Source: Octopus sinensis (taxonomy: Eukaryota). From it: a stretch of 64,000 bases of DNA. Within the stretch, counting starts at the first letter, position 1. Every line of letters starts with the position of its first letter. The DNA is taken from assembly GCF_006345805.1 (NCBI RefSeq), contig NC_043004.1, forward strand, positions 25,234,001 through 25,298,000. The letters are read 5' to 3'. The notes below the pieces were generated by a model that worked only from the letters and a program-made list of their open reading frames with translations, did not search any database and was not told the origin of the DNA. Of this stretch, positions 1 through 13,146 are shown one piece after another. Position numbers and translations under genes: made by a program.

Positions 1-331
1 GAGTAATTTCTTTTCTTTCAATGTATTTTATAAAAAGTTAAAAGTTACGTTATTTACTAACTGGACCCGTGAATATTTCACGGAATTAATGGTAAACTTA
101 TTGGGTTATTTCTGAAAACTTTATCCTAAGAAGATATCGCTCATCTGCTAATCATTGAAAAGTGAAGGGAATTGGAATAAGATGATTACTTAATGCACTT
201 TATATATATATATATATATACACTTTATCTACTTTATGCACAATTGTAGAGACTTAATACACAACACTCACCCTCTTTCTCTCTCATTATTCACCTCACC
301 TTCTTCTACTCTCTCCTTTTTCTTTCGCTTT

Positions 332-565
332 TCGCTTTTCCTTTCAACTAATCACGCGAAAGCGTTACAGACGGGCTAAGTAACGAAAGAAAAAACTTAG
401 TTTAAAAAAGTACACATTTCACGCACCAGCACCTCTCCCTCCCCTCCCATATCTCCTCTCGCTATCTCCCCCACATCCCTCACCACATCACCCTCCTATT
501 CCTCGCTTTCCCTTCAACTAATCACGTGGAAGCGTTACAGACGGGCTAAGTAACGGAGTGACTAG
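332..565 (+). mobile_element. Helitron-like 3' end, duplicated
   Basis: Two ~54 bp copies (332-385, 503-555) of a segment ending in the cgttac..gtaacg hairpin. The second is followed by CTAG|T (562-566). Confidence 0.5.
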
Positions 566-819
566 TAGAATTATTATAAGATTTGAAGGTTATTATGTAC
601 ATATTAAAAATAAAATATTATGATGCCGATGAAATAAAAATACAAAGAAAAAGGAGAAGAAACTTACACAGTTGTTTGATGAAAGCTTTTCTAAAAACGA
701 ACAGCGATATGAACGAGAACTAAAACCACTGGGAGTGTGTTTATATTTTATTGACAATCTCATTTTTCCAGACTATATCAATTACAACACAACTATTTTA
801 GGAAGGTAGAGGCAGCAAT

Positions 820-994
820 CATTCGTGAATGAGTGTGGCTTGGTCGCATGTACTATGCTTTTGCGAACGGTTTTAAGTACCTATGTAGTCATGGGTAGAC
901 ATAGACACCGTTGCACGTGTCTTGTTCTATAGCCCCAGTCCTACCAAAGCTTCGTGAGTGGATTTTGTTGACAGAAACTAAAAGAAACCCATCG

Positions 995-1067
<73 letters not shown>

Positions 1068-1425
1068 TGAAAGAACCTGCCGTGTGTATGTGTGGGTGTG
1101 TGAATGTGTGTGTGCATATGTGTGTGTATAGTCCAAGGTGGTGCTCCAGCATGGCCGCAGTCAGATGACTGAAGCAAGTAAAAGAATAAAAGAATATATA
1201 TGTGTGTGTGTGTGTTGTGTGTTTGTGTTGTTTGTCTTTACCACCGCTTGACGATCGGTGTTGGTTTGTTAATGTCTCCGTAATTTAGTGGTTCGGCAAA
1301 ATAGACCGTTAGAGTAAGTACCAAACTTAAAAAAAGAAACAAGTATTGGGGGTCGATCTGTTCGATTAAAACCCTTCAAGGCGGTGTCCCAGCATGGCCG
1401 CAGTCCACTGACTGAAACAAATAAA
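820..1425 (+). mobile_element. Degenerate tRNA-derived SINE (family A) pieces with an internal (TATC)n
   Basis: Matches the family A copies at 28025 and 36805 (ccagcatggccgcagtc...tgactgaa end). (TATC)n at ~995-1066. Confidence 0.7.
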
Positions 1426-2242
1426 TAATTAAACGATAAGGCGAACACTTTCACAACGGAGTCGTGTACCTTTTTGTTCCACATAAAATATCGTAGAAAG
1501 CAAACACAAAAATGAATATTTCTAATTTTCTGTTTGATTAAATATTTTTTGTTTAAATAATATTTACCCTATTCTTTCCCTGTTATATCTATCTTTCTAT
1601 CTCAGCAGCACCTTAAAAAAATAGCGCTCAATCACTTTTAACGAATTTTTGTAAGCATTTCGAAATTTTCAAGTCGCCTACTTATTTATTTCTATATTTA
1701 TTGTAAACGGATTTGAAGAGCGAGAAGTTAGCAATTGTCCACTCCTTAACTGAAGCTACTAAATTGTTTATCTAGGGAAACACCTTCTACTTAACGTTAT
1801 ACCAACCAGCAGAGATCTTTAATTTCGATTCTAGGAATTCAAGATGAACATTTCTGTAGGTGTTAAATAGCTAATTAAGTAGTTAATTACCTATACAATA
1901 AAGAGATAAATAATTAGCAGACAGAAATATTTATACAGTTAATTACAACTTATAACAATAACATCCTGAATTGTTCAGTACTTTTCAATTAATTGGGCGA
2001 TAAACTGGAAAACTCAGACGATTGGCCGAAATATTTGGCGATATTTGGTTATGTCTTTTTTATGTTCTGACTTGAAATCCTGCCAAAATCGATTTTGCTT
2101 TTGTTTCTCATCCTACCGTGTTTAATGAAATCAAATAGCCATAAAGAATAGCAATTTATTTACATTCTTATAATGCATGTGTTTTTTTAAAATAATATTT
2201 TCATACATATTTCTCCAAGAATGGCATCTTAAGATTTCCACA

Positions 2243-2274
<32 letters not shown>

Positions 2275-2859
2275 ATATATATATATCTATATATAAATAT
2301 ATTAAATGGAAAAATGAATTATCTTGTTAAGGATTATTCAAAATTTAACCGATACCTGGGTAGCAAAAATCACAACAGAAAAAAAACACGGTTGGTTGAA
2401 GTTACGACCTTGGGGGTGTCGCAACCGTGCCTTAGCGCGGATAATTGAAGTTTAATATATTTAGTGAAGGGAAGAAATGGAGCTGAACGAAGATTCTACA
2501 GAATTCCTTTTATTATTTTCTACACATGTTTCAAGGCCGCAAATTTCCAAATTCGGATTGAATAGGAGACCATTTTGCAGCATTCTCTTCAGGAAAATCC
2601 AGGAATTTAAAAATCCAAAAAACAATGCGCAACAAGGTATTCGAACAAAACGCTCCTTAGGAGCCCATGAAAAAGCACAAAACTGTCTCTCAATGTATAA
2701 TATATATATATATACATACATACATACATATATGCATAAATATATATATACATACATACACATATATTATATATACAATATATATATATTATATATATAT
2801 ATATATATACATACATATATATATACATATATATACATATATACATACATATATATATA

Positions 2860-2959
2860 NNNNNNNNNNNNNNNNNNNNNNNNNNNNNNNNNNNNNNNNN
2901 NNNNNNNNNNNNNNNNNNNNNNNNNNNNNNNNNNNNNNNNNNNNNNNNNNNNNNNNNNN
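2860..2959. other. Assembly gap (100 N) inside a (TA)n/(TACA)n microsatellite
   Basis: Run of N flanked by TA-rich simple repeat. Confidence 0.99.
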
Positions 2960-3306
2960 AATATAAATACTAACTCAAACATATTCAGTTATTAAAATAT
3001 GTTTGACCATACACAAATGTTTTTAAATGTCAAACAAAATCACAAACAACAACAAAAAAAGAAATGTTATCTTTCTACAAACTTTGGTAAATTCTAGATA
3101 CTTCAGCATCCGATTATGAATAACGAATGATGATGATGATCTGAAATACACTGTAACAATTATGCTCTCAGCAGTTGGTAATTCAAGCCATTAATGGCAC
3201 ATTTATCTGTGGTTACAAGTAAAAGCAAACAAGATTTTTCCAAGCAGCTGTTTCTGAAGGAAAGAAAGAGTAAATGTAACAAAGCTTTTATGGTAAATCA
3301 ATATAT

Positions 3307-3312
3307 TTTATT
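3307..3312 (-). terminator. Candidate polyadenylation signal AATAAA for PAK1IP1
   Basis: AATAAA on the minus strand 25 nt after the stop codon. The region is AT-rich, so it may occur by chance. Confidence 0.45.
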
Positions 3313-3336
3313 TACAAAATATACAATAAACATTGA

Positions 3337-3398
3337 CTATTGAATGACTTCTATAGCTGTCTTCTTTTTCTTCTTCGTCTTTTTGTGTTTCCCCACTT
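3337..3398 (-). CDS. PAK1IP1: PAK1IP1 terminal exon 10 (E-VGKHKKTKKKKKTAIEVIQ*)
   Basis: ttttgtttacag acceptor, phase 1, TAG at 3337-3339. Lys-rich NLS/NoLS-like end typical of the family. An extra small exon within the 9.5 kb intron cannot be excluded. Confidence 0.8.
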
Positions 3399-4712
3399 CT
3401 GTAAACAAAAAACAAAACAGTTTCAGATTTTAATTTCTAAACAAATCTCAGTACAAACATACACAGTATTAGTGTCAGTAATGGTAGTAGTAGTAGAGAC
3501 TGGTAGAGCACCAAATTAAATTTTTAACAGTATTCAACATTATTTCTTTCTGCTTTAAGTTTAGGGGTCAACTTAGCCTCCTTCACCCTTTCAGAAGGGT
3601 AATGACTACACTAATGCAAGAGTTCATAATTATTTTTTAAGGACCTAAACCAAGATAAGGGACAACTTTAATGCTTTTATAGCCGGTTTGGTTACTATTT
3701 GTGTAACACTACTTTTATATGTTTCCTATTTGGAAATAGATAATAAATATATTTTACTTTTGAAGTAGGAATACATATTGATAAACACATCACTTATAAC
3801 TTACTTATCATTATACATAAATTCTGACTCCAGCTACACAAACTACATAAATGCCATAGCGAGAAATATATACTCTGAAATGCTAATGGGTATTTTATGC
3901 GTGCATGTATGTTGAAGATAAATAAATTTGTGTTCTTTTAACCACTATAAAAAAATACAGTTTCATAATTGCAGAAATAAATTTCATTAACAAGTTGAAG
4001 AATGTGAAGAAAGAGAAAATAATTACTACATGAGTTTATTTATGTACGTTTAGCATTTATAGTACAATTGGAAAGTAAAGCCATTTTGTTGTAGAGAATT
4101 ATGACTTAAAATTCACACTAGCTAATCCTTCATACTAACTACTAGAGTTCACAACAATTCAAATAAGTCTTGTTGGATTTTTATTATAGACATGGCATAA
4201 AAAATAGCCAATATCTCAATGAGTGAGTGTCATGGAGTTTAGTAACATCCTACAAACACTGAGTAATTTCCCCTAAATCAGGGTATTTATAACCGCTCAT
4301 ATCCAAATTCTAGGAACCATATTTTGTGAAAAATCTTTTTGACAAAAGTTTAGAATTTGTATATGGGCAGTAATTTTAACCAATGGGATTACCAACAATT
4401 ATGCTTGTTCGGGCAAATGACCATTACGTCATATTGCCACCTTTTATGACTTGCTACAATGCCTAAGAATAATTGCGAGTGTATAAAGGCCTGTGGGGTT
4501 GCATCTATAACTGAAAAGCAAAAGACAAAAAAGTGAGTCTTTAAACTTACAAATTCATAGAGATATTTAGGTTTTTAACGATTTAACACTTTAGCAATTA
4601 AACTGGCCATATTCAGCCTTCCACTTCATTGAAATCTTAATGTTACAAGATAATGCAAGATTAACCCCTTCAAATGCTAGTGAGGATCCTTAGAAGTAGT
4701 AGATAGTTTCCA

Positions 4713-5500
4713 TTACTTAGGTGACCAGGTTAGCAGCGGTGGAGGTTGTTCTGAAAGTATAGCTGCTAGAATAAGAATGGATAAGGAAAAGTTCAGAGAG
4801 TTTACTACCTCTGTTAGTAACAAAGGCAGATTGCATGATGCAGGCATAGGAAGAGCCATGCTACATTGCAGTGTAACATGGGCTGTGACTACTGAGGACA
4901 TGTGAAGGCTTCAAAGAAATGAAGTCAGCATGCTCCATTTGGTTGGTAATATATGACTCTGTAAGTGATTTGAGAGAAAAAATAGATATGAGGCATTAGA
5001 TGTAGTATACAGAAAAGACTGTGCTGGTATGGTTATGTAATTCATACATGAGGAGAGCTGCATCAAGAAGTGCCAATCTAATTGTGAAGGGAACGTATAG
5101 AAGGGGAAAACCCAGGAAGCCAAGGGACAAAGTGGTGAGAATGGATCTTAAGACACTGGGCCTCACAGTGGGTATGACAAGGAACTGAGACTTCTGGTGG
5201 TTTGCTGTGCTTGAGAAGAGAGTGGTTGTCCTCGCATCTAGGCATGTCTTCCACATTCTTCTTTAGCTGATCCTAATCTTGTGAATGCATGGTTGCCAGT
5301 TCCACATAAAAGCACCCACGCCAGTGCTGCATGAAAGCACCCAGTACACTCTGTAAAGTGGTTAGTGTTAGGAAGGGCATTCAGCCATAGAAGCCATGCC
5401 AAAATAGATGTGGAGCCCTGGCAGCTCTTCAGCTGGCCAGCTCCTATTAAACTGTCCAACCCATGCCTGCATAGTAAACAGACTTTAAATAATGATGATG
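4713..5500 (+). mobile_element. Degenerate RTE-clade LINE 3' fragment
   Basis: Translates with frameshifts to YLGDQVSSGGGCSESIAARIR...KFRE.LPLL, homologous to the 10152-11062 copy. Ends in the family 3' UTR plus (GAT)n. Confidence 0.75.
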
Positions 5501-5502
5501 AT

Positions 5503-5925
5503 CATCATCATCATTGTTTAACGTCCGCTTTCCATGCTAGCATGGGTTGGACGGTTTGACTGGGGTCTGGCGAACCAGATGGCTGCACCAGGCTCCAGTC
5601 TTGATCTAGCAGAGTTTCTACAGCTGGACGCCCTTCCTAACGCCAGCCACTCCGAAAGTGTAGTGGGTGCTTTTACGTGCCACCAGCACAGGGGCCAGTC
5701 CAGCAGCACTGGCAACAAGCTCGCTCGAATTTTTTTACACATACCAACGGCACAGGTGCCAGTAAGGTGATGCTGGTAATGATCCCGCTTGAATGGTGCC
5801 TCCTACATGCCACCGGCACGGAAGCCAGTTAGCTGCTCTGGCAACGATCACACTTGGATGGTGCTCTTAGCACCCTACTAGCACGGGGCACAAGTGCTAG
5901 AAAGGCGAATGATGATGATGATGAT
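5503..5925 (-). mobile_element. RTE-family 3' UTR fragment with (GAT)n tail
   Basis: catcatc..tttaacgtccgctttccatgctagcatgggttggacgg signature. Tail-to-tail with the preceding copy. Confidence 0.8.
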
Positions 5926-6884
5926 AATTCAAAACAATGCTAATAAGTATTACAATTGACAGAGTAATCCAAGCGCTAAAGAGCTAAACTGTATTTATTG
6001 TATAGGTTCTTCATGACAGTGCTAGCAGGTGAAATTTTTGCCAGCAGGAAGTGTTAATCACAACCAGTGATCTAGACAATTAGTTGAAACAGTTTAACCC
6101 TTTTTTGTTACTATATTTCTGTCAAATTACAATTACACTCGGTAGGTTATATTTAGTTATGTCAAAAGATCCAGCAAAAAAAGTGACATTTGATGTGAAT
6201 GCAATGCAAAGTAATAAAAGAAAGAGCACTGAAATATCAAACCTGTTTTTAAACGGATCTGGCTTAGGCTTGCAGCCAGCTGATGTAGCTATCAATTTCA
6301 GCAGCTGAGCCCTTCCCGACCTTAAATATATTGGTGTGGACTTAATGATTAGAAAAATAATACGATCATGATGACATATAACCCACATGCTTTAACATAG
6401 GTCTGTTTGTACTCAATATTCACTTTTGGAAATTCTTTCCTATAACCATTTCCTCCATCCAATACAATACAGTCAGCCATCGCTTGTGGATATGACTTAG
6501 AGGAGTATGCATCATGCTTTCCCTATTTCAAGTGTCTAAGTAGTCACAAGCAGACTCGCGACCTCTTTGCAACCTCACTTCCTTGAGTCAGAAGAACAGC
6601 CAGGATATACGAGATCAAAAGAAGAGAATTGCATCAGCACCCAGCTGATACTCATTAAAGCTGAGCAAACTGGAGTATATTGTACTTTGTTCAAGAACAC
6701 AACAACATGCCACCTGTGCAGGAATTGAACCCAAAATGTTACAATCATGAGCTGAACATCCCACTTATATAAAAATGCCAACATCATGACTACTGCTCAA
6801 TACCCTGTGAACACTGTAAAAGCTGTAAAACATGACATAGCTGCAACAGAGTCTATGAAGAAAGAGACAGAAGGTATTCTGATT

Positions 6885-7400
6885 GTGTCTGCATGCTAGT
6901 GTTCATCCCCACATCTTCAAACAGGGCCTTAAGCTTAATTCAGACAGCTATGTGAAGCTGCTGGAAACTGTTTAACCCTTGGTTGGAGAGGGTTGCTGCT
7001 GGAAGACCATATGTGTGGCAGCAGGATTTGGCTCCTTGCCATCAAGTAATGGCCTCCTAATCCCCCCCCCCCCATATTAAACCTTGGATTACCATGCATA
7101 GGATGATATTGAGTAAGATACTAACCACACTCCCTGCAACACCAAGGTCAATTGGAGGCCAAGTTCAAGGAGGTGTTTGAAGATCTTCCCAGTGAAACAG
7201 TGAGGAACACATGCACCACGTTCCAGAGCTGCCTTGAGGCCATGGCAGAAGCTGAAGGCTACCTTGAATAAATTGTTTTCTTCAAGGCATAATCAGGTTG
7301 ATATTTTTTGAAGTTTTTCAAATACTTTAATTTCTGGAAGGGATATTGTGATTACTTTTCCTTTTAAGCAAACTGCCAAATCTAGTCCAAACACCCAGTA
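6885..7400 (+). mobile_element. Tc1/mariner transposase remnant (3' part) with right TIR
   Basis: Degenerate translation GLKLNSDSY.KLLETV..PWLERVAAGRPYVWQQD.APCH...WPPN..P..L.PLDY...EAEGYLE*, i.e. DDD-domain motifs. Ends ...aaacacccagTA. Confidence 0.75.
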
Positions 7401-8410
7401 TATTTTCTGATCAATTTCAGAAAAAATTTCAAATAAAAGCTTAGTTGTTGAAGTTATAGATCATACAGTCTGTTCACCAAAGTTGTGATAATAATGATTT
7501 AAACTGAATCTGCTGGCTTTATTCTATTATTCTATTCAGGAGGCTTTATTCTAAAAGCTTTTAGAATTTTGTCTCTGCTCTGAGTGATGAATTAATTTTT
7601 TCATGACCAGATTTTGAATAAAACACTATAATCAACAATTAAGTGAGATTTAGTAAAATAAACTTTGTCAATTAATTTAGAGTTTGGAATTTAATAAAGA
7701 GGTTCTTACATACACTTTCTAGCCGTAGCATAATATCATGTAAGATGTATTGCCATTGATTATATTCACTCTCCACTCCTGCAAACGAATGGTACTTATA
7801 ATCACTTAAGAAGGAGGAATGACAAAGTTGACTCCTAATAAGATTTGAGCTCAGAAAGTTATTAAATAATGCAAGCATTTTGTCCAGAGTAGAAACTGAT
7901 ATTACCTGCTACAACTCTCATAACCATTTCTAGCTTAAACACTAGACTTGAAATTTGGGTATGGAGAAGGGTAATAATTTTATATTGCTCCTGAGAATCG
8001 TACTTTATTTTATCAACTTTGAAAGGATGAAAGGAAAAGCTGACTTAAACTCAGAATTTTCTCCTTAGAACTTCCTCTTTTCTATTTCCTTCTTTTTCTT
8101 GCAAGTTACATAGCAACATCATTAGATCTAGTGGCATGGCAAAAGCACCCAGTGTACCCTGTAAAGTGGTTGGAATTAGGAAGGGCATCCAGCCACAAAA
8201 ACTATGCGAAAGATGACACTGGAGTTAGATGCAGCCCTGCTGCTTGCCAATTCCCTGTCAAACCGTCCTACACATGCTGGCATGGATAAGACAGTTTGAC
8301 AGCATGTTAAATAATGATTAATGTAAAGAGCCATAACAAGGACTGGAAAGTATTGTTGTCTGATGCTGTAACAATTCTGCCATTTCATCAGCTTCCACCT
8401 TCATAGCAAT

Positions 8411-8719
8411 AACAAGAGCACTAAGAGAGCGCAAACCTCTGCCAAGGCAACACCAACGTCCTCTCAAAGATTACCAGGAGATGATTTTTAAAATGAGAAT
8501 ATCTGAAATAAACTTGACTGCTCTCACAAACGAGAATCCAGAATCATTGTCTGATACCGGATCGATCCAAAAATCTAATCAGTTCATGCCAGTCATGAGG
8601 GGCAAACATCCCTGAAAGTTTCATCTGAATCTATCCAGTGGTCCTTGAGATATCTTGTCTATGGACAAAAACAAATATGACTGAAAACAATACCTCTGCC
8701 TTCACTAAGGCAGAGGTAA
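8411..8719 (+). mobile_element. Short non-autonomous element with terminal hairpin (Crypton-like?)
   Basis: Begins aacaagagcactaagagagcgcaaacctctgccaagg and ends with the perfect hairpin cctctgcctt-cact-aaggcagagg. The family assignment is from recollection only. Confidence 0.4.
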
Positions 8720-9394
8720 TAACAGTTTCAAATTTTGGTACAGGGCCAGCTAATTATGTGGAGAATTGATTACATTGGCTCCAGTGCTCAAGCAAAGTGA
8801 ACCTTGGCTGACTTTGAACTCAAAATACAAAAACCAGATGAAATGCTGCTAAGCACTTTGTCCAGTATGCTTATGATTCTGCCAATTTGCTGTCTTAATG
8901 AAAGAAATATCTTTTTCACAAAGGTAAAAGTTGGCCATTTCTGGAAGAAATATAGTCAATTTAAATCAACTTCATCACCCTTTAGCATTTAATCCAGCTA
9001 TATCTTGTCCAAATATTCTACATTTTATATTCAAACCAGCTAGATCTAGTCTCTCATATCTACCAAATAATGGACGATTAATTTTCAAAAATGTGAATAA
9101 ATAGGCATTATGTTACAGAGAGTAATCTGAATGCTAATGGGTTAACTGATACTTCTTTTAATTGACCCTTAATGGAATTTGAACTTGTAATGATTAGTGT
9201 TAAAGTGTAGTGGGTTACTAAGTGGAGCTGTGTTCAAGCCTTGTATTAGCCAAACAACACTCAGTTCATCATCATCATCGTTTAACGTCCGTTTTCCATG
9301 CTAGCATGGGTTGGCCAATAGAATGAGAACGATCTATCCCCATTCACTCCCATTGGATTTAATAATGGATTCGGTTCTAAATCCCAAGAACATT

Positions 9395-9880
9395 AGCACG
9401 TAAAAGCACCATCCGTTCGTGTCCGTTGCCAGCTCCGCCTGGCCTCCGTGCCGTTGGCACGTAAAACACCATACGCTCGTGTCCGTTGCCAGCCTCGCCT
9501 GGCCCCCGTGCCGGTAGCACGTAAAAGCACCATACGCTCGTGTCCGTTGCCAGCCTCGCCTGGCCCCCGTGCCGGTAGCACGTAAAAGCACCATCCGCTC
9601 GTGTCCGTTGCCAGCCTCGCCTGGCCCCCGTGCCGGTAGCACGAAAAAACACCATCCGTTCGTGGCCGTTTGCCAGCTCTGTCTGGCACCTGTGCAGGTG
9701 GCACGTAAAAAGCACCCACTACACTCACGGAGTGGTTGGCGTTAGGAAGGGCATCCAGCCGTAGAAACACTGCCAGCTCAAACTGGGCCTGATGAAGCCA
9801 TCCGGCTTCACAGACCCCAGTTAAACCGTCCAACCCATGCTAGCATGGAAAACGGACGCTAAATGATGATGATGATGATT
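9395..9880 (+). mobile_element. RTE-family 3' UTR fragment with ~5 internal ~60 bp tandem units
   Basis: Repeated gcacgtaaaagcaccat.cgctcgtgtccgttgccagcctcgcctggcccccgtgccgg units, then the family end plus (GAT)n. Confidence 0.8.
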
Positions 9881-10151
9881 ACCAAATACAGAAGGCAACT
9901 GAAGATCAGCAGGTATAATGGCTAAAATATTGCGACTAAAGCAGCAAAGAGGAGGACACTATTATATATCAATATATATAATAAAACTTAAAAGCATTTT
10001 GTTAAATGTGTTACATTTAATGCAGTGATCATTAAAACCTATTTATAAATTAATTATAATGTGATTAATCAACACAAAAACATAAGGGGAACAACTCTGG
10101 ATATGATTTGGTCTTAGATTTCCCCAAAGAAGCATAAAACTCAATGTACAT

Positions 10152-11062
10152 CATCATCATCGTTTAACGTCCGCTTTCCGCGCTAGCACGGGTTGGACGG
10201 TTCGACCGGGTCTGGGAAGCCAGGGGCCGCTCCAGGCTCCAGTCTGAATCTGGCAGAGTTTCTACGGCTGGATGCCCTTCCTAACGCCAACCACTCCGTG
10301 AGTGGATTGGGTGCTTTTTACGTGCCACCTGCACAGGGGCCGGAGGGTCCGGCATCGTCACGATCGGTTCGAGCATTTTAACGTGTCAGCGACACGGGGG
10401 CAACGAGGTCCGGGGTACTTTGGGGATCGGGGTACTTTGGGGATCCAGGGTACTTTGGGATCCGGGGTACTTAGAATGGGTAGGGGGTATGTGGAATGCT
10501 GCAGAAAGCAGCCCGGGTCTTTGTAGTCACAGCATATCTCCAGAGATCTCGTCCTTCGCCATTGCCTCAGTGAGGCCCAATGCTCTGAGGTCATGCTTGA
10601 CCACCTCATCCCATGTCTTCCTGGGTCTACCTCTCCCCCTGATACCTTCAACTGTTTGGGAGTGGCACTTCTTCACACATCTCTCTTCATCCATCCGCAG
10701 CACATGACCATACCATCGCAAGCGTCGCTCTTGCACACCACATCTGATGCTTCTTATATCCAGCATTTCTCTCAGGATACTTACACTCTGTTTTGCGTGC
10801 ACACTGACACTACACATCCAGCGGATCATGCTAGCTTCATTTCTTTCAAGTCTACGCATGTCTTCTGCAGTCACAGCCCATGTTTCATTACCGTGAAGCA
10901 TGGCAGTTCGCACACATGCATCATACAATCTACCTTTTGCTCTGAGGGAGAGACCTTTTGTTGCCAGTAGGGGTAGGAGCTTTCTGAACTTTGCCCAGGC
11001 TATTCGTATTCTAGTGGTGATACTCTCTGTGCATCCACCTCCGCTACTAACTTGGTCACGTT
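10152..11062 (-). mobile_element. 5'-truncated RTE-clade LINE (RT C-terminus plus 3' UTR)
   Basis: ORF 10527..10928: YDACVRTAMLHGNETW...RRLRWYGHVLRM...RGRGRPRKTW, a typical RTE end. (GAT)n tail at ~10152. Confidence 0.92.
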
Positions 11063-11399
11063 ATAAAAAAATCAACTGTATCACTTATAGATGTACAATC
11101 GAGTACATGAGTAGGCATGAAAGGTAGCATTTTTTATTTTGTGAGAATAGGCATTAATTTATATATTGAAAGCATTTAGTCGAAAAAGAATTATTATTGC
11201 AGTGAACTGGCAGAACCATTAGCATGCTAGGTAAGATGCACTGTGGCATTTACATTTTGAGTTCAAATCCTGCTATTCTCAATTTAGCTTTTTATCATTC
11301 CGGGATTGATAAATTAAAGTGCTGCTCAAAGACTGAGGTTGATTTAATTGACATTTCCAAATTTCTGGTTTTATCAAATTCGATGATAGCACCACATGA

Positions 11400-11870
11400 C
11401 TGGCATCTGTGCTAGTGGAGCGCTAAGAGCACCATCCTAGTGTGTTTGTTGCCAGGGCCGCTGACTGGCTCCCGTACCAGTGGCACGTAAAAAGCACCAT
11501 TCAAGCATGATCGTTACTAGCGTCACCTTACTGGTACTTGTGCTGGTGGCACTTGAAAAGCAACATTCGAGTGAGGGCACTGCCAGTGCCACTGGACTGG
11601 CTCCTGTGCAGGTGGTATGTAAAAAAAACACCATTTGAATGTGGCCATTGCCAGTACTGCCTGACTGGCCCACGTGCTTTTACGTGCCAGTGGCATGTAA
11701 AAGCACCCACTACACTCTCGGAGTGGTTGGCATTAGGAAGGGCATCCAGCTGAAGAAACTCTGCCAGATCAGATTGGAGCCTGGTGCAGCCATCTGGTTT
11801 GCCAGTCCTCAGTCAAACCGTCCTACCCATGCCAGCATGGAAAGTGGACGTTAAATGATGATGATGATGT
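11400..11870 (+). mobile_element. RTE-family 3' UTR fragment
   Basis: Same signature 3' end plus (GAT)n. Confidence 0.75.
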
Positions 11871-12265
11871 TAGAAACAATTTTTATTGGTAGTAAGGTGA
11901 CAAACTGGCAAAATTATTAGCATGTCAGACAAAATGCTTAATGACATTTCTTCCTTTTATTACTCAGAGTTCTACTGCCTTACATCCTGTTTCTTTAGTG
12001 GGGGGGATAAAGTATCTGCCAAGTACTGTGACAGGAAATTTGACTAAACTCCTCTTATAATTAGTGGCCTTGTGCTTAAATTAGAAACCATTATATAGAA
12101 ACTGGCAGAATCATTACAGTTTTAGAAAAAAGACATTTGTAGTATTTCTTCCAGCATTTTTAAGCTCTCAGTTCAAATCCTATGGTACCAGTAAAATACT
12201 GGGATGGGAGGTGCTGATATAGGAAGGAAGTGGGGATTAGTGGTATGGTAACTAACCCTCCATAA

Positions 12266-12684
12266 GGTGGCGAGCTGGCATAAACGTTAGCATGCCAGGC
12301 GAAATGCTTAGCAGTATTTCATCTGCCACTACGTTCTGAGTTCAAATTCCGCTGAGGTCGACTTTGCCTTTCATATTTTCGGGGTTGATTAAATAAGTAC
12401 CAGTTACGCACTGGAGTCGATATAATCGACTTAACCCGTTTGTCTGTCCTTGTTCGTCCCCTCTGTGTTTAGCCCCTTGTGGGTAGTAAAGAAATAGGTA
12501 TTTCCTCTGCCACTACGTTCTGAGTTCAAATTCCGCTGAGGTCGACTTTGCCTTTCATCCTTTCAGGGTCGGTTAAATAAGTACCAGTTATGCACTGGAG
12601 TCGATATAATCGACTTAACCCGTTTGTCTGTCCTTGTTCGTCCCCTCTGTGTTTAGCCCCTTGTGGGTAATAAAGAAATAGGTA
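12266..12684 (+). mobile_element. tRNA-derived SINE family B (Meta-domain-like), with tandem duplication of its 3' two-thirds
   Basis: ggcgagctggca.aaacgttagca head, gttcaaattcc B-box, gaggtcgactttgcctttcatcctttc core. The segment from ~12320 is repeated at ~12500. Confidence 0.85.
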
Positions 12685-12950
12685 CCTAACCCTCCACCAT
12701 AATATCCTCAAAATTGCTGCTCTGATGCTCACTTAAATCAGCAGCAGCAGCAGAGTGTTTAGATCAGTTTCAGCACATTACACTATTGAGGAACACAGCA
12801 AAGTATAAAGAAAAAAAAAAAAAAAGGAGTGCTTCTTTAATAGTTCAAGACATCTGGTGCCATAATAACAAGCACACAAATACACACACATTTTTTTTAG
12901 TTTCTTGTTACAGAAATTGACAAACAAGACAAAATAGATTTTATCCTTAC

Positions 12951-13146
12951 CTTTATCTTCAAGTGAAATAACTTTACGCTTAGTTGTTTCTTCATCCTGA
13001 GATGGAACTTCAGTTTCTTTTGTTGATACTTCCTTTCTAGGCTTTGATTCTTTAGATTTACTGTCAGAAGATTTCACATAGACGGCTATGCAAGTCAGAC
13101 GGAATGAACTGTTGTGTTCTGCCAGCAATTTGGTGACAATGTTATT
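12951..13146 (-). CDS. PAK1IP1: PAK1IP1 exon 9 (NNIVTKLLAEHNSSFRLTCIAVYVKSSDSKSKESKPRKEV...LEDK)
   Basis: ttattgcag acceptor, AAG/GTAAGG donor, 196 nt, phase 0 to 1. Contains the RLTC motif (human NARLTCLGVW) followed by a K/E-rich tail; lies within ORF 12778..13212. Confidence 0.9.

Noticed and set aside
6084-6388. Overlapping ORFs 6084..6308 (+) and 6122..6388 (-) as a gene or extra PAK1IP1 exon
   Set aside because: No family motif, and the PAK1IP1 model is complete and phase-consistent without them.
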